This document shows, in pieces, positions 1 to 12,850 of a stretch of DNA of 64,000 nucleotides. Source of the stretch: the human T2T-CHM13v2.0 reference genome, Homo sapiens; assembly GCF_009914755.1 (NCBI RefSeq), contig NC_060935.1; one strand, given 5' to 3'. A program made the position numbers and the translations under genes. Every line of letters begins with the position of its first letter. Positions within the stretch are counted from its first letter, which is position 1. The notes beneath the pieces are model-generated. The model had not been told where the DNA came from. It searched no databases and saw nothing but the letters and a program-made list of their open reading frames with translations.

Positions 1-2242
1 TCTCTGCAAACCCAACAGCACCTGTAATTTTTGGACTTTTTAATAGTAGTCATTCTGACTGGTGTGAGATGATATCTCATTGTGGTTTTGATTTGCATTT
101 CTCTAATGATCAGTGATGTTGAACTTTTTAATGTGACTTTTGGGCACATGTATGTCTTCTTTTGAAAAATGTCTGTTCATGTCCTTTGCCCACTCTTTAA
201 TTTTTTTTTTCTTGCTGATTTCAGTTCTTAATAGAAGTTGGATACTAGATTAGGTCTTTGCCAGATGCATACTTCGCAAATATTTTCTCACATTTTGTAG
301 GTTGTCTGTTTACTCTCTTGATAGTTTCTTTTGCTGTGCAGAAGCTGTTTAATTAGACATCATTTGTCAATTTTTGCTTTTGTTGCAATTACTTTTGAAG
401 ACTTCATCATGAATTCTTTGCTCCTTTTTATTTCCAGAATGGTATTGCCTAGGTTGTCTTCCAGGGTTTTTGTGGTTTTTAGTTTTACATTTAAATGTTT
501 AATCTATCTTGAGTTGATTCTTGTATACTATGTGGTGTAAAAAAGGGGTCCAGCTTCAATCTTCTGCATATGGCGAGCCAGCAATCCCAGAATTATTTGC
601 TGAATGGGGAGTCCTTTCCTTGTTGCTTGCTTTTTTTTTTTTTTTTTTTTTGACAGCTTTGTAAAAGATCAGATAGGTGTGCAGTCTTATTTCTGGGTTC
701 TCTATTCTGTTCCATTGGTCTGTGTGTCTGTTTTTGTTCCAGTACCATGCTGTTTTGGTTGCTGTAGCACCATAGTATAGTTTGAAGCTGGGTAGTGTGA
801 TGCCTCCAGCTTTGTTGTTTTTGCTTAGGATTGCCTTTGTTATTAGGGCTCTTGTTTGGTTTCTTATGAATTTTAAAATAGTTATTTCTAATTCTATGAA
901 GAATGTCATTGGTAGTTTGATAGGAATAGCAGTGAATTTGTAAATTGCTTTAGGCAGTATGGTCATATTAACAATATTGATTCTTCCTATCCATGAGCAT
1001 AGCTTTTTTATTTGTTTGTGTTATTTCTGATTTCTTTGAGCAGTGCTTTGCAGGTCTCCTTGTAGAGATTTTTCATGTCCCTGGTTAGCTGTATATCAAG
1101 GTATTTTATGCTTTTTTGGCAATTGTGAAATGGGACTGCATTCATGATTTGGCTCTTGGCTTGCCTGTTGTTGGTGTATAGGAATGTTATGATTTTTGTA
1201 CATTAATTTTGTATGTTGATACTTTTTTGAAGTTGCTTATCAGCTTAAGGACCTTTTGGGCCAAGACTATGGGGTTTCTTCGATACAGGATTATATTGTC
1301 TACAAATAAGGATAGTTTGACTTCTTCTCTTCCTATTTGGATGCCCTTTATTTCCTTATCCTGCCTGATTGCTCTGGCCAAAACTTCCAAGACAATGTTG
1401 AACAAGAATGGTGAGAGAAGGAATCCCTGTCTGTTGCCAGTTTTCAAGGGAAATGCTTCCAGCTCCTCCCTGTTTAGTATGAGGATGACTGTGGGTTTGC
1501 CATAAATGGCTCCTATTATTTTGAAATGTGTTCCCTAGTTTCTTGAGGGTTTTTAACATAAAAAAATGAATTTTATCAAAAGCTTTTTTTGCACCTATTA
1601 ACATGATCATGTGAGTATTGTTTTTAATTCTGTTTATGTGGTGTGAATCACATTTATTGATTTGCTTATGTTGAACCAACTTTGCATCCCAGGGATAAAG
1701 CCCACTTTACTGTGGTGAATAAGCTTTTGATATGTTGCTGGATTCAGTTTGCCAGTATTTTGTTGAGGATTTTTGCATCAATGTTCATCAAAGATATTGG
1801 CCAGAAGTTTTCTTTTATTGTTGTGTGTTTGCCAGGTTTTTGTATCAGAATGATGCTGGCCTCATAGGATGAGTTAGGGAGGAGTCCTTCCTCCTCAATT
1901 TTTTAAAATAGTTTCAGTAGGAATGGTACCAGCTCTTCTTTGTACATCTGGTATACAATTCAGCTGTGAATCTATCTGGTCCTGTTTTTTGTTTTGTTTT
2001 GTTTTGTTTTGTGTGTGTTTTTGTTGTTGTTGTTGGTGGTGGTGGTGGTGGTGGTGGTGGTTGGTAGGCTATTTATTGCTGATTCAATTCCAGAACTCAT
2101 CATTGGTCTGTTCAGGGATTCTTCAGTTTCTTTCTTTCTTGTTCAGTCTTCAGAGGGTGTATGTGCCCAGGAATTTATCAGTTTATTCTAGATTCCCTAC
2201 TGTGTGTTCATAAGATTCTATGATGGTTATTTATATTTCTGT
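1..2242 (-). mobile_element. L1 (L1PA13-15-like) ORF2 fragment, 5'-truncated, runs off the left edge
   Basis: Minus-strand ORFs 556-966 ([28 protein letters not shown]) and 1187-1447 ([35 protein letters not shown]) are frameshifted L1 ORF2 RT/C-terminal peptides. Confidence 0.93.
1984..2064 (+). repeat. Compound microsatellite (GTTTT)n-(GTT)n-(GGT)n inside the L1
   Basis: Directly visible; gives poly-W and poly-V in ORFs 1923-2213 and 1994-2191. Confidence 0.95.
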
Positions 2243-3811
2243 CCAAAAACATTCTTTACAGAATTAGAAAAAAAAAAAACTATCCTAAAATTCACGTGGA
2301 ACTAAAAAAGAGTTCAAATTGCCAAAGCAATCCTAAACAAAAAGAACAAGCTGGAGGCATTACACTACCTGACTTCAAACTGTACTACAAGGCAGCAGTA
2401 ACTAAATCAGCATGGTACTGGTGCAAAAACAGACACATAGACCAACGGAACAGGTTAGAGAACCCAAAAGTAAAGCTTCACACCTGCAACCAACTGATCT
2501 TTGACAAAGCCAACAATAACAAGCAGTGGGTAAAGGACTATTTATTCAATAAATGATGATGAGATAACTAATTAGTCATATGCAAAAGATTGAAATAGGA
2601 CCCCTTCCTTTTACCATATGTAATACAAAAATCTACTTAAGGTGAGTTAAAGACTTAAATGTGAAACCTAAAACTAATAAAAACCCTAGAAGAAAACATA
2701 GGAAATATCATTCTGGACATAGGCCCTGGTAAAACCTTCATGACAATTTCAAAAGCAATTGCAACAAAAGCAAACATTTACAAGTGCGGCCTAATTAAAG
2801 ACCACTGCACAGCAAAAGAAACTATCAACAGAGTAAACTGACATCCTACAAAGTGGGAGTAAATATTTGCAAACTATGCATCTGATAAAGGTCTAATATT
2901 CAGAATCGAAAGTAACTTAAATCAATAAGCCAGAAAAAGAAACTACCTCATTAAAAAATGGAGAGACACTTCTCAGTAGAAGACATCTATGTGGCCAATA
3001 AGCATATTAAAAGATTCTCCACACCACTAATCATTGGAGAAGTGCAAATTAATACCACAATGAGATATCATCTCATACAAGTCAGAAGGACAATTATTAA
3101 AAGGTCAAAAAATAATACATGCTGGCAAGGTTGCAGAGAAAAGGGAATGCATATACACTGCTGGTGGAAATGTAAATTAGTTCAGCCACTGTGAAAAGCA
3201 GCCTGGAGATTTCACAAGGAACTTAAAATAGAACTACCATTTGACCCAGCAATTTCATTACTGAATATATCCCCAGAGGATTATAAATCATTCTACCATA
3301 AAGACACAGACATGCATATGTTCATTGCAGCACTGTTCATAATAACAAATACATGGAGTAAACCTAAGTGCCTATCAAAGGTGGGCTGGATAAAGAAAAT
3401 GTGGTACATACATACCATGGAATACTATGCAGCCAGCAACAAAAAATGAGATCGTGACCTTTGCTGCAACATGGATGGCGCTGGAATTAATGGATGAAGA
3501 GAATTAATGCAGGAAGAGAAAACCAAATAACACCTGTTCTCACTTATAAGTGGGAGCTAAACATTGAGTACACAGGAGCACAAAGAAGGGAGCAATAGAC
3601 ACCAGTGACTACTTGAGGGTGGAGGGTGTGAGGACGATGAGAATTGAAAAACTACCTGTCAGGTACTATGCTTATTATCTGGGTGACAAAATTATCCTAG
3701 TGTCAAACTCCAGTGACACACAATTTATTCATGTAACGAACTTGCCCAGCTATCCCCTGAACCAAAAATAAAAGTTGCAAAGAAATAGATAAAATAAAAA
3801 TAAGAAAATAA
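2243..3811 (+). mobile_element. L1PA16-like 3' portion (ORF2 C-terminus, 3'UTR, A-rich tail)
   Basis: ORF 2296-2556 ([24 protein letters not shown]), ORF 2958-3194 (HCWWKCKLVQPL); 3'UTR 'gggagctaaacattgag...aaaataaaagttg' then A-rich tail. Confidence 0.92.
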
Positions 3812-4002
3812 CATGAAGGGAGAAGTTTTTAAAATATACTAAAATGTCTGTTAAAATTTTGTAAAATATAGAAACATGGAAAATGCCCAAAATTAAATAT
3901 CAAATGATATGAGAAGTATTTCATATTCTAGAAGTAGATGTTTGCTAATTGGTTAATTTATTGTATATATTTCATGGTAAATACTTTTCTTCTCAATTTT
4001 AA

Positions 4003-4833
4003 AGGCCTAAAACATTAATGTATACTGCTATAGACTTTACAAATACTGTATACTTACCCTATGTTAAATTTATTACAAAATTTGTTCTTCAATAAGAAAT
4101 TAACCTTGGCTTACTGTAACTTTTTTTACTCTATACACTTTTAATTTTAATTTTTTGATTCTTTTGTTATAAAATTTAGTTTAAAATGCAAGTATATTGT
4201 ACAGCTGTACAGAAATTTTTTATATCCCTTATTTTATAACCTTTTCCTGTTTTTAAGTTTGTTATATATTATTTACATTTTAAATTTTTTAAATTAAATA
4301 CAAAGGTACTAACACAATATTGGCCTAGGCCCTCACTGGGTGAGGATTATCAATATCACTGTCACGCATCTTTATGTCTTGTCCTACTGGAAGGTCTCCA
4401 TGGGCATCAGCACACACGGAGCTGTCCTCTCCTATGATAACAATGCCTTCTTCTGGAATACCTACTGAAGGGCCTGCCTGAGGTCGTTTTACTCTTAATT
4501 CTTTTTTAAAAATAAGTCTACGGAGTACAATATAAAATAACACTAACAAGTATAATATAGCAAATACATAAACTAGTAGCATAGTCATTTATTATCAAGT
4601 GTTATGTACTATACATAACTGTACGTGCAATACTTTTATACAAGCGGAAGCAAGTAGGTGTATTTACATCAGCATCACCACAAACATGTAAGTAATGTGT
4701 TACACCATGAAGTTACAAAGGCTACATTTTCACTAGACAATAGGAATTATTCAGCTCCATTGTAATCTTATGAGACTACCATCGTATATTCCATCTGTTA
4801 TTGGCTAAAATGTCATTTTGTTGTGAATGACTA
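4003..4833. mobile_element. Tigger3 (GOLEM/Tigger3b) TcMar-Tigger DNA transposon fragment
   Basis: Right end 'taatcttatgagactaccatcgtata...gaatgactata' matches the recalled Tigger3 terminus; internal 'ggagctgtcctctcctatgataacaatgccttcttctggaatacc' is Tigger3-like. Confidence 0.8.
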
Positions 4834-5856
4834 TAGATAATTTGAATGAGACAAATTGTATCAATTTAAATACCCCCAACGTTAACTAAAACCACCAAAA
4901 TGTTCATGTTGCTTTCTATGGTCATTTATGGACATGAATTGGAAGATTCAATAAAATATAAAGAAATAAAATTACTGCTCTTTAGAATGGAGGAATAAGA
5001 CACGACCATCATGTCCTAGGCTAGAAAAAGACTTGTTAGTACATATAAACAGGAGAAAACCCACCACCCTCTTCTGAAATGGAATTCTAAAAATATGTCC
5101 TGAGTGACTATTCTTAGAAATATTCCTACAATTATGTGAAATCTTTACATGGCTTGGGATTTGAGAACATTTATGAATCTGTTTTACTGTTGTGTACAGT
5201 AACATGTCAATCTCACTATAATGACTCAAATGTGCTAGCTCTTCTGATACTAATTGCTATAAATGTCAGTGTGTTAGAAATATTTTAAAATAGAACCTAC
5301 CACATTTATGTATTAAAAACATAAAACTAAGGCATAATTTAAAGAATAATTTTGAAGTTTAATTTTGTCTTTTAACATTGTATCATGGTTTAATGTAAGA
5401 AATCAATTACACACATTATTTCAAGTTTGACTAATACAATTATAAAAGAAAGACTTATTCTGTTAGCTGGGTTGGTTGTTAGAACTGCTTAACAAAATAT
5501 TATATTCTACAACTGGAAGAGTAATTAAATATCTTAGAGTTCAAATTTCTACCTGTTTTTTGAAGTATTTGAATGTAAACCAGATGGCCAGGCAGCCCAA
5601 TCACTTATAGAGGCAGGAAATATATTCCATTATTGAAACTTCCAGATATTAGCAACTTGAATCTTTCTAATGGGTTAAAACAGGTCACCACTGTAGATGT
5701 CCTTCCTCAATGGATCTATTTTTGTCTTTTGGAACAGGAATGAATGTACCTTATTCTCCATGTAACACTCTTTTTCTTGTTGTCTAAATGTTTGCAATTG
5801 AAAGGAACATTGACCTTCCAAATGGTTTAACTCTCCACCAAAAATGCATAATACTT

Positions 5857-6033
5857 GTCCAGGAACAGTGGCTTATACCTGTAATCCCAGCATTTTGGGA
5901 GGCCGAGGTGGGAGAATCACTTGAGCCCAAGAGTTCAAGGCTGCAGTGAGCTATGATAGATGGGGCCACTGCACTCCATCCTGGGCAAGAGAGCAAGATC
6001 CTGTCTCAAAAACAAACAAACACACACACAAAA
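5857..6033 (+). mobile_element. Alu monomer (FRAM-like or collapsed AluJ)
   Basis: Left-arm-type head 'cctgtaatcccagcattttgggaggccgagg' joined to right-arm 'gctgcagtgagctatgat...ctgtctcaaaaa'. Confidence 0.85.
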
Positions 6034-6299
6034 TGTATGTTTTTTATACTTTAATTACAGAATAACAGGTAAGCTTGTATCTAAATTTGGAGGTCAATAA
6101 AATTTATACATTTAGAAGAGGGGAAAAATATCTTCATGTACACTAAAATATTACATATGAGTATACATTTATTCCTAAGAAAATAGTTTTTTAAGCCTAT
6201 GTTTGGAAACTATAACATATGTTAAATAACTTTTAGATAAAATAAAAGTCATAAAAATGTGAAATTTTAAAACTAAGTGACCAAATGTAATATATACAT

Positions 6300-6685
6300 A
6301 CTACAAAATATTATTTGTTAATTTAAAGAATAAAGTACTGATCTATGTTACAACATGGATGAACCTTGAACACATTATGCTAAGTGAAAGAAGCCAGTAA
6401 TAGAAGACAATATATTGTATTATACATTTTTGAAAATATCTACAATAGCCAAGTCCATAAGAATATAAAATGATGATTTGTTCAGCAGCAGGGGCTTGAG
6501 TGGGGGAAGGAGAATGGTGAATAACTGTTTAAGGGTACAGGGTTCCTTTTAGTGGTGTTGAAAATTTTATATAATTAGATTACGGTAATGGTTGTGCAAT
6601 TCTGATTATGCTAAATAATACCATTATACTTTAAATGAGTGAATATGATGGTGTGTGAAATGTATTTCAAAAATCTTTTTAAAAA
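6300..6685 (+). mobile_element. Old L1 (L1MB/L1MC-type) 3' end
   Basis: 'acaacatggatgaaccttgaacacattatgctaagtgaaagaagccag' and 'gggtacagggttccttttagtggtgttgaaaa' are typical L1M 3'UTR motifs. Confidence 0.8.
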
Positions 6686-6689
6686 CCCA

Positions 6690-8680
6690 AGTGACAAAAG
6701 CAACAAAAACAAAATATATCAAAATTTGACACAGTCATAGTAATTCATAATTGGAAATATAGAGGAAAATCAAAGAAACAAACCTAAAATATAATAAAGG
6801 TATGGAAGAATAAAGTAGGTAATAGTAACAACAAAATAGGCTATTTTTTAAAATTGCTAAGTTCCTGCAAAAACATGCAATACTAGAATTAGCTCAAGGA
6901 GAAATAAAAGTCTTGAATAAATACATCTATAATTTTTAAAATAGGAATCACATATGTCACCTCCCCACACCCATTAAACATACACACATACACACACACA
7001 AACAGAACAACTACAACATAAACAAAACTCAGGCAACAGGCCCAACTGGCTGTACACATAAATTCTGTAATACTGTACAAAAGTAATTCTTATATAAGCC
7101 CCTCCAGAGAACAGAAAAAACCCAAAAACTAATCAGTTTAATTTATAAGGCTAGTGTGATATGGTGGACAAAACATGATATAGGGACATGAAGAAAGAAA
7201 AACTGGCCTATTTTCTTCCAAATGTAGATTCAGTATCCTAAATAATATATCAGCTAAACTTACAAAAACTGTGAAATTATCACAATCAAATTAGTGTTTA
7301 ACCTAGATAAGTGAAGTTATTTTGTCATGTAAGTATATGTCATCTGCAGAAACATAATTTGATACATTTCAAAAATGTTTTAATGATAAAAATTCTCACA
7401 AAATTAAGAATAGAGGAACACTTCCTTAACTTGATAAAACTTTGTCAAAACATTATAACAAACATTAAATAAGCAAATATATAAGCCCACCATGATGCCT
7501 ACTGTTTTATATAGTTTTAGAAGATAAAGTCAAAGCTATAAATAAACAATATTATCTAGACTTTCAGTACTTTAAGAGAATAAGTAAAGCTGTCATTATT
7601 TGCAGCTGAAAAGATCATCTACCCACAAATTCTGAAACAATAAACTATAAGAACTACTAAATGTATTCAGCCAAGTTGATAGATACAAGATCAGCTGGGT
7701 ATAAGAGCAATTCTCTATAACAGCGAACATAAAATGCAATAGAAATAATAAACCGCTCTCAATGGCAACATAAACCATGATATCTAGGAAATAATCAAAT
7801 AAAACAAACAAGAAAACAAAGCCCTCTGGGTAAACATTTAAATCCTGACAAGGACTATAAATGATATATACGCTGTTAGTTAATATGACAGATTAAAAAA
7901 GTCTTTTATACTAATAATCTATAAATTATATGAAATAACCAATAAAAATTTCATTGGATTTTGAAAATTAATACTTTATTTTAAATTATAAATAAATATG
8001 AAAATGAAGGAAAATATTTTAAATTATATATAAAAGAAAAATACCTAATTAAAATATCTAACTATATTAAAGAAATGTGCCTTACCAGACATTAAGACAT
8101 ACACATACTGTAGACCTTGAGGTCACAATAATAACTGTTACGTTATTTTCGCAAAGACAATTGAGTCAATGGGAAATAACAGAGAATTTAGACAGTATAT
8201 CTGTATATATAATTATATGTATATATGTGTATATATACACACACATTTCTGTGCGTGTTGAATAATTCAAAACACAAGAAGGAAGGGGCCAAAAACAATG
8301 TGAAAGTGATATTATTTATAAGTTTGTTAGAGAAAGTAGCTTATATGAAGACAAATAACACCGAATTCCTTTCTAATACAGTGTAATAATTTAGAACCTA
8401 CATGGATTAAAAACTAAGGGTAAAAAGTAAATGTAGAGGAATATTTTGTAATGTAAGGGCGTAAAGTATTTCTTTAAGAAAAGCTGAAAAAAAGGCTAAA
8501 GCAATTATGAGTATTTGACAGCTGATAGAATGGAAAAAGGTATTTTGAATGTTTAAAATCAATTAGAAATTTATATCTAGAATAGAAGGGTATATATATA
8601 ATACACATTGGCAAATTAGATAAATCATAGCCACAGGACCTATGAGCAAGAATCCATATAAAGCCACTTCTCAAATGATA
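6690..8680 (+). mobile_element. Highly decayed L1ME-type ORF2 region
   Basis: A-rich strand with 'aagaatagaggaacacttccttaacttgataaa' and 'aagctgtcattatttgcag...ttcagccaagttgatagatacaagatca' L1 RT-region remnants; boundaries approximate. Confidence 0.6.
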
Positions 8681-9016
8681 AGCTGATGTTTAAAATAGGA
8701 CCGTTCTCTCTTCCTTCTTAGGGGTTCAATTTTCCCTTAGAGTGAGTTTTGTTATAGACTAGAGATAGAGGAGAAAAAGCTCACTCTTGAGCCAAGCTAT
8801 GGTACGTATCTGTGCCCACATCATCTTTGGCAGGTGTTTCTCCTTTATATTTTTGTAATTAAAATTTTATTTTCATACATGCTTTACATGGGCAGGAAAA
8901 TCTTCTTAATGGCAACTTCACTATTTGTGAGAAAAGATGGCTAAAACTGCCATTTTCATGAGTTTCCTTGAGCTCTCTTGGGGCTAAAAAGACTTTGAAA
9001 GTATTTCTCTCTAAAG

Positions 9017-9260
9017 TTCCGCGAAAGAATGCCTTTGTGCAGCCTACGTGAGGGCTGGGAAACGGACTTTCCTCCTGGCACATTTTCTCTCTGCTGCGCT
9101 GAAGACTGGGAGTTTGATATTTGCTTTTCTTTATAAATGTGAAGCTGAAAAGCTGATGGCTGAGTTTTAGCTCCCATATCCCGTCTACGGTGCTAAGAGA
9201 GAAGATGTGAAAAGCATAATTTGAAAATTGCAACTTCAGAAAACTGAAATCTTCTAGGTA
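9017..9260 (+). promoter_or_regulatory. Candidate enhancer or weak promoter (CpG-retaining unique segment)
   Basis: About 7 CpGs in about 170 bp; TTCCGCGAA (9017-9025), TACGTG (9045-9050), CGGACTTTCC (9063-9072), TATAAAT (9132-9138); motif evidence only. Confidence 0.3.
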
Positions 9261-10029
9261 GACACATTCCGATTTTCTAAGGAGCTGCTTTCTTCCCTCA
9301 TTGTTCTAAGAATACATGTATGATATGATTTTAAACCTGTAGGGCACATTGATGAACTAAAGAGACTATTGTCTTATATATTCAGAATAAAATATGTAAT
9401 TTTATTAAATGTATTTAGCATGAAAGTAATAAAATATTAGTTTTCATATTTATACATGCTAATATTTAACATGATTTTCTGAAATATACTATGAGTTGCA
9501 CAAATAATTTTAAAACTTCAATTTAGATTTTATAACATAATTATAAGAAAGTTAATTTTTTGCCACTTTCAATGCAGCTTGTTGTAAAATCCTTTGAAAA
9601 TAATGCGTAATCTCTAGATGTCCTTTCTATCTACTGAGAAAATTCTCAGCATTTTTGTTAAAATGTTTCATGAGTGAATGATCATTATTGATTAATTATA
9701 TGAAACCCCACTAAAACGTATGTGTTTGTGTGGTATAAGGCAGGAGACTTATCCTTGGTTATTTAATTTTTTTTTTTTTTTTTTGGTAAGGACTACCAGA
9801 TTAAAAATCTAGAAAGTATACAACAGACTATATTGAAAATGGGTCAATTCTAAAGTTATCCCTAAAGTTTATTTCATTCAAGTCCGGTAATGATGGTGTA
9901 AACAGTAGCCCAGTTAGAAAATTGGGAAGATGCAACTTTGCAAGTGGAAGATTAGGGGAACCATCCTTATAATCTTAGTCATAAATGCAGTAAGATATCA
10001 ATACAATTTGGTTTCCCAAAAAGCTACTA

Positions 10030-10310
10030 TGGTGTCTTGAGGCATGAAGGCATGAAGTACTGCATTCATGTCAAAGGAAATAAAGCTCCTACTTGCCTGG
10101 CCAAACTATCATTGATGCACTGTGTAGATCTGATTGCTTGTTTGTAAGGCTGATAACCCAAAACCGAGCCCAGTCAAGACCACGAGGCAATTTTAAACAG
10201 CTTATTTCGAGAAATATTTGATGAAAAAGCTGGGCATGTTTAGCCTAGAATATGGAAGATTTAGAAGTGATATGGAAGAAAGCCATAAGTATTAGAAGAT
10301 AGTATGTAGA
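10030..10310 (+). mobile_element. CR1/L3 relic
   Basis: 'gctgggcatgtttagcctagaa...gaagatttagaagtgatatg' resembles the L3 ORF2 3' region. Confidence 0.45.
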
Positions 10311-10762
10311 AGTGGATTTTCCTCATCTGCAGAAGTGGAATAGTAAAGATACATAACTCAGAGCTTTTGTATGAAAAAATGATGACATAAAACACTTAAA
10401 GGGTTATCATGGAGTAAATCCTCAATAAATATGCTTGTTGTTTCTGTGCTTTTATAACAAACTTACAACTGCATGAAGGAAAAATCTCTAGCAAATTTCT
10501 GCAACACCTATCAGCCATCTTTATTATACAAATACGCTGTGTTCACATTGCAGATGAAGTAATAAGCAGAAGTTTTACAGAACTGGACTCAACCTCTCTC
10601 TGGTACCTCCACTAACTGTCATGGACTAGTTTAGTTCTTAGCACCTAATTACACAGAAGGATCAAACTCAGAGACATTGCATGAAATAAATGTACTGAGT
10701 CCAAAGATATTCATTCAAATAACTGGCTTCAATCATTGTTCTAAGAAATAAATGTTATCCAA

Positions 10763-11058
10763 GGCTGGCCATGGTGGCTTATGCCTGTAATCCCAGCATG
10801 TTGGGAGGCCAGGTGGGAGGATCGCTTGAGTACAGTAGTTCAAGACCAGCTTGGGCAACATACTGAGACCCTTTCTCTACAAATAAAGAATAAAAAAATT
10901 AGCTGGGCATAATGGTGTGCGCCTGTAGTCCCAGCTACTCAGGAGGCTAACTGGGAGGACTGCTTGAGCACAGGAGGTCAAGGCTTTAGTGAGCCATGAT
11001 CGTGCCACTGCACTCCAGTGTGGGCAACAGAGCAAGAGCCTGTCTCAAAAAAAAGAAA
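10763..11058 (+). mobile_element. AluJ
   Basis: Dimeric Alu with J-type 'ggaggatcgcttgag', 'ggaggtcaaggc', 'gagccatgatcgtgccactgcactcc' and short A tail. Confidence 0.93.
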
Positions 11059-11859
11059 GCTATCTGAAATTAGCTTCCATTACCCCCTTTTGATCCTGCT
11101 TTTATGGGTGATTCACCTACCAGTTTGTATAATGTTTTTTAGTCTCTATATGAGTGACTGATGATGCTTTTTCAACTGAAAAACACCTGAATTCTAGTTT
11201 CAGTGGCATCACCTAAATACTAAAAGTTTTGTGGATATACTTCCACCCCTGCCATCTCACACAGGATTGAAAATTGGGGAAATAATGCTTCATTGTATAT
11301 ATGTTTTTATTACGTTGAAAGTTTTGTGAAGAACCATGCCATTCACTTTCTTAATTTTCCATTGTGGCATATAATACTCTTCTATTTAACAACTTAGTAA
11401 AACTGTGTCATAAAGGATGCTAAAATTATTATCTAATAGTTTCCCTCAAAGATCTGGTCCAGTGAGAGAATCTAGATTTACAAATATCTGTATGTCAAGG
11501 AAGATTCTGACATATTATATCAAAGAAAAATAACATTATAGAGATTTAGAAAAAGGAGAAACTGTATTTACTTAATGATGAAAAGAAAGACTTCATGAAG
11601 GGTGTGGTATATGTGGTGAAAAGAAATCAAGGAATATGTAGAGTAAGGCAGAGCATGAGAGGTCCTTCCAGAAAGGTAGAAGAGTATATAATATTCTCAT
11701 CAAATGTTCTTCCTTGAGTAGACTACAGCTCATTTATTTGCCTGGAAAACTAATAGCATAGTGGCAATTATCAGATTTCTTCAATAATATTTAGGCCATG
11801 ATGATCTCTGTCCTATACATATTTTCCAAAGCCCAGAAGGGTTTTTCTCCAACCCTATT

Positions 11860-12350
11860 TTTTGCCTCTTTCTGTCTTGCACCCTCAACACTAACTTACC
11901 CAGAAACACTCAAGCATACATGACACACACATAGGCTCTTTGGCCATATGGTACTAATTTCACTTCCCTAAATCTTCCACGATCATTTTGGCCTCTGGGC
12001 TTTTCGATTGGTTAATCTGTCACCCTGCAATGTTCAGTATTTCATCCAGGCCATGCACTCTACCATTATTAATTAATTTCCTCTCTTTCCATGTCTTATT
12101 CTAGCTACCACTTCTCTCAGAAAGCCTTCTCTCATGTCCTATCTAATGAAGCTTCCGGGTATTTCCATACTATCCTGAATTTCCACAATAGCACATTGAC
12201 TCCATTGTGTTATAGCTGATGACTTGTCTTTATTTGCCTTCACACTGCAGGTGCTGTGACAACCTGAGTCCTATCTCTCTTGCCTCCAGAATTCAGCATT
12301 ATCGTTGCTAAAAATAAATAATAATATACATTATTGAATCAATGAGTAGA
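11860..12350 (+). mobile_element. L2 3' fragment
   Basis: 'ccacttctctcagaaagccttctc', ending 'attattgaatcaatgagt'. Confidence 0.5.
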
Positions 12351-12850
12351 AGAGTTAATATGTAATAGAGATGTCAGCATCTTGCCAAAATGTGAATTAA
12401 TAGAATGTAAATATATCCTATTTAAGACCAGTGACATAGGAGCAGGATGATTATGGTTTTGAGTAAAATTATTGCCATATGTACAGCAGTTTCTTGGTTA
12501 TGATTACACTTAGAATTTGACTGAATAGACATATCTTATGAATTTCAGTCAAATAGAAGCAAATAGAAGGCATAAATGAGTGGACAAACTATAATTAAGT
12601 AATGCAAATGCAAGGGAAAGAGTCATTTTGTATTAAATACTCACAAAGCCATAATAAAATTCCAAATCTTGATCAGAAAAAGTCAAAATCAAAACCTGAG
12701 AAGAAAACAATGTTGCCACTTTATTTTATTCCATTAGGGGATATATCAAATTATCATGTCTATGTCTAAGTTACATCTAATATTTATAAATAAATTTTCA
12801 AATAAATCTGTTGCATTTTTCATGGTAGTTTGTACTGCATATTTAGATAG

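Noticed and set aside
331-3194. ORFs with recognisable protein motifs (RT-like, HCWWKC)
   Set aside because: Frameshifted remnants of L1 ORF2; not a host gene or an intact retroelement.
1-3811. Single twin-primed (5'-inverted) L1
   Set aside because: The two arms overlap by more than 900 bp of L1 sequence and differ at subfamily-type positions, which fits two insertions better.
8859-9233. 124-aa minus-strand ORF over the CpG-retaining segment
   Set aside because: Non-ATG start, no recognisable domain, and a length compatible with chance.
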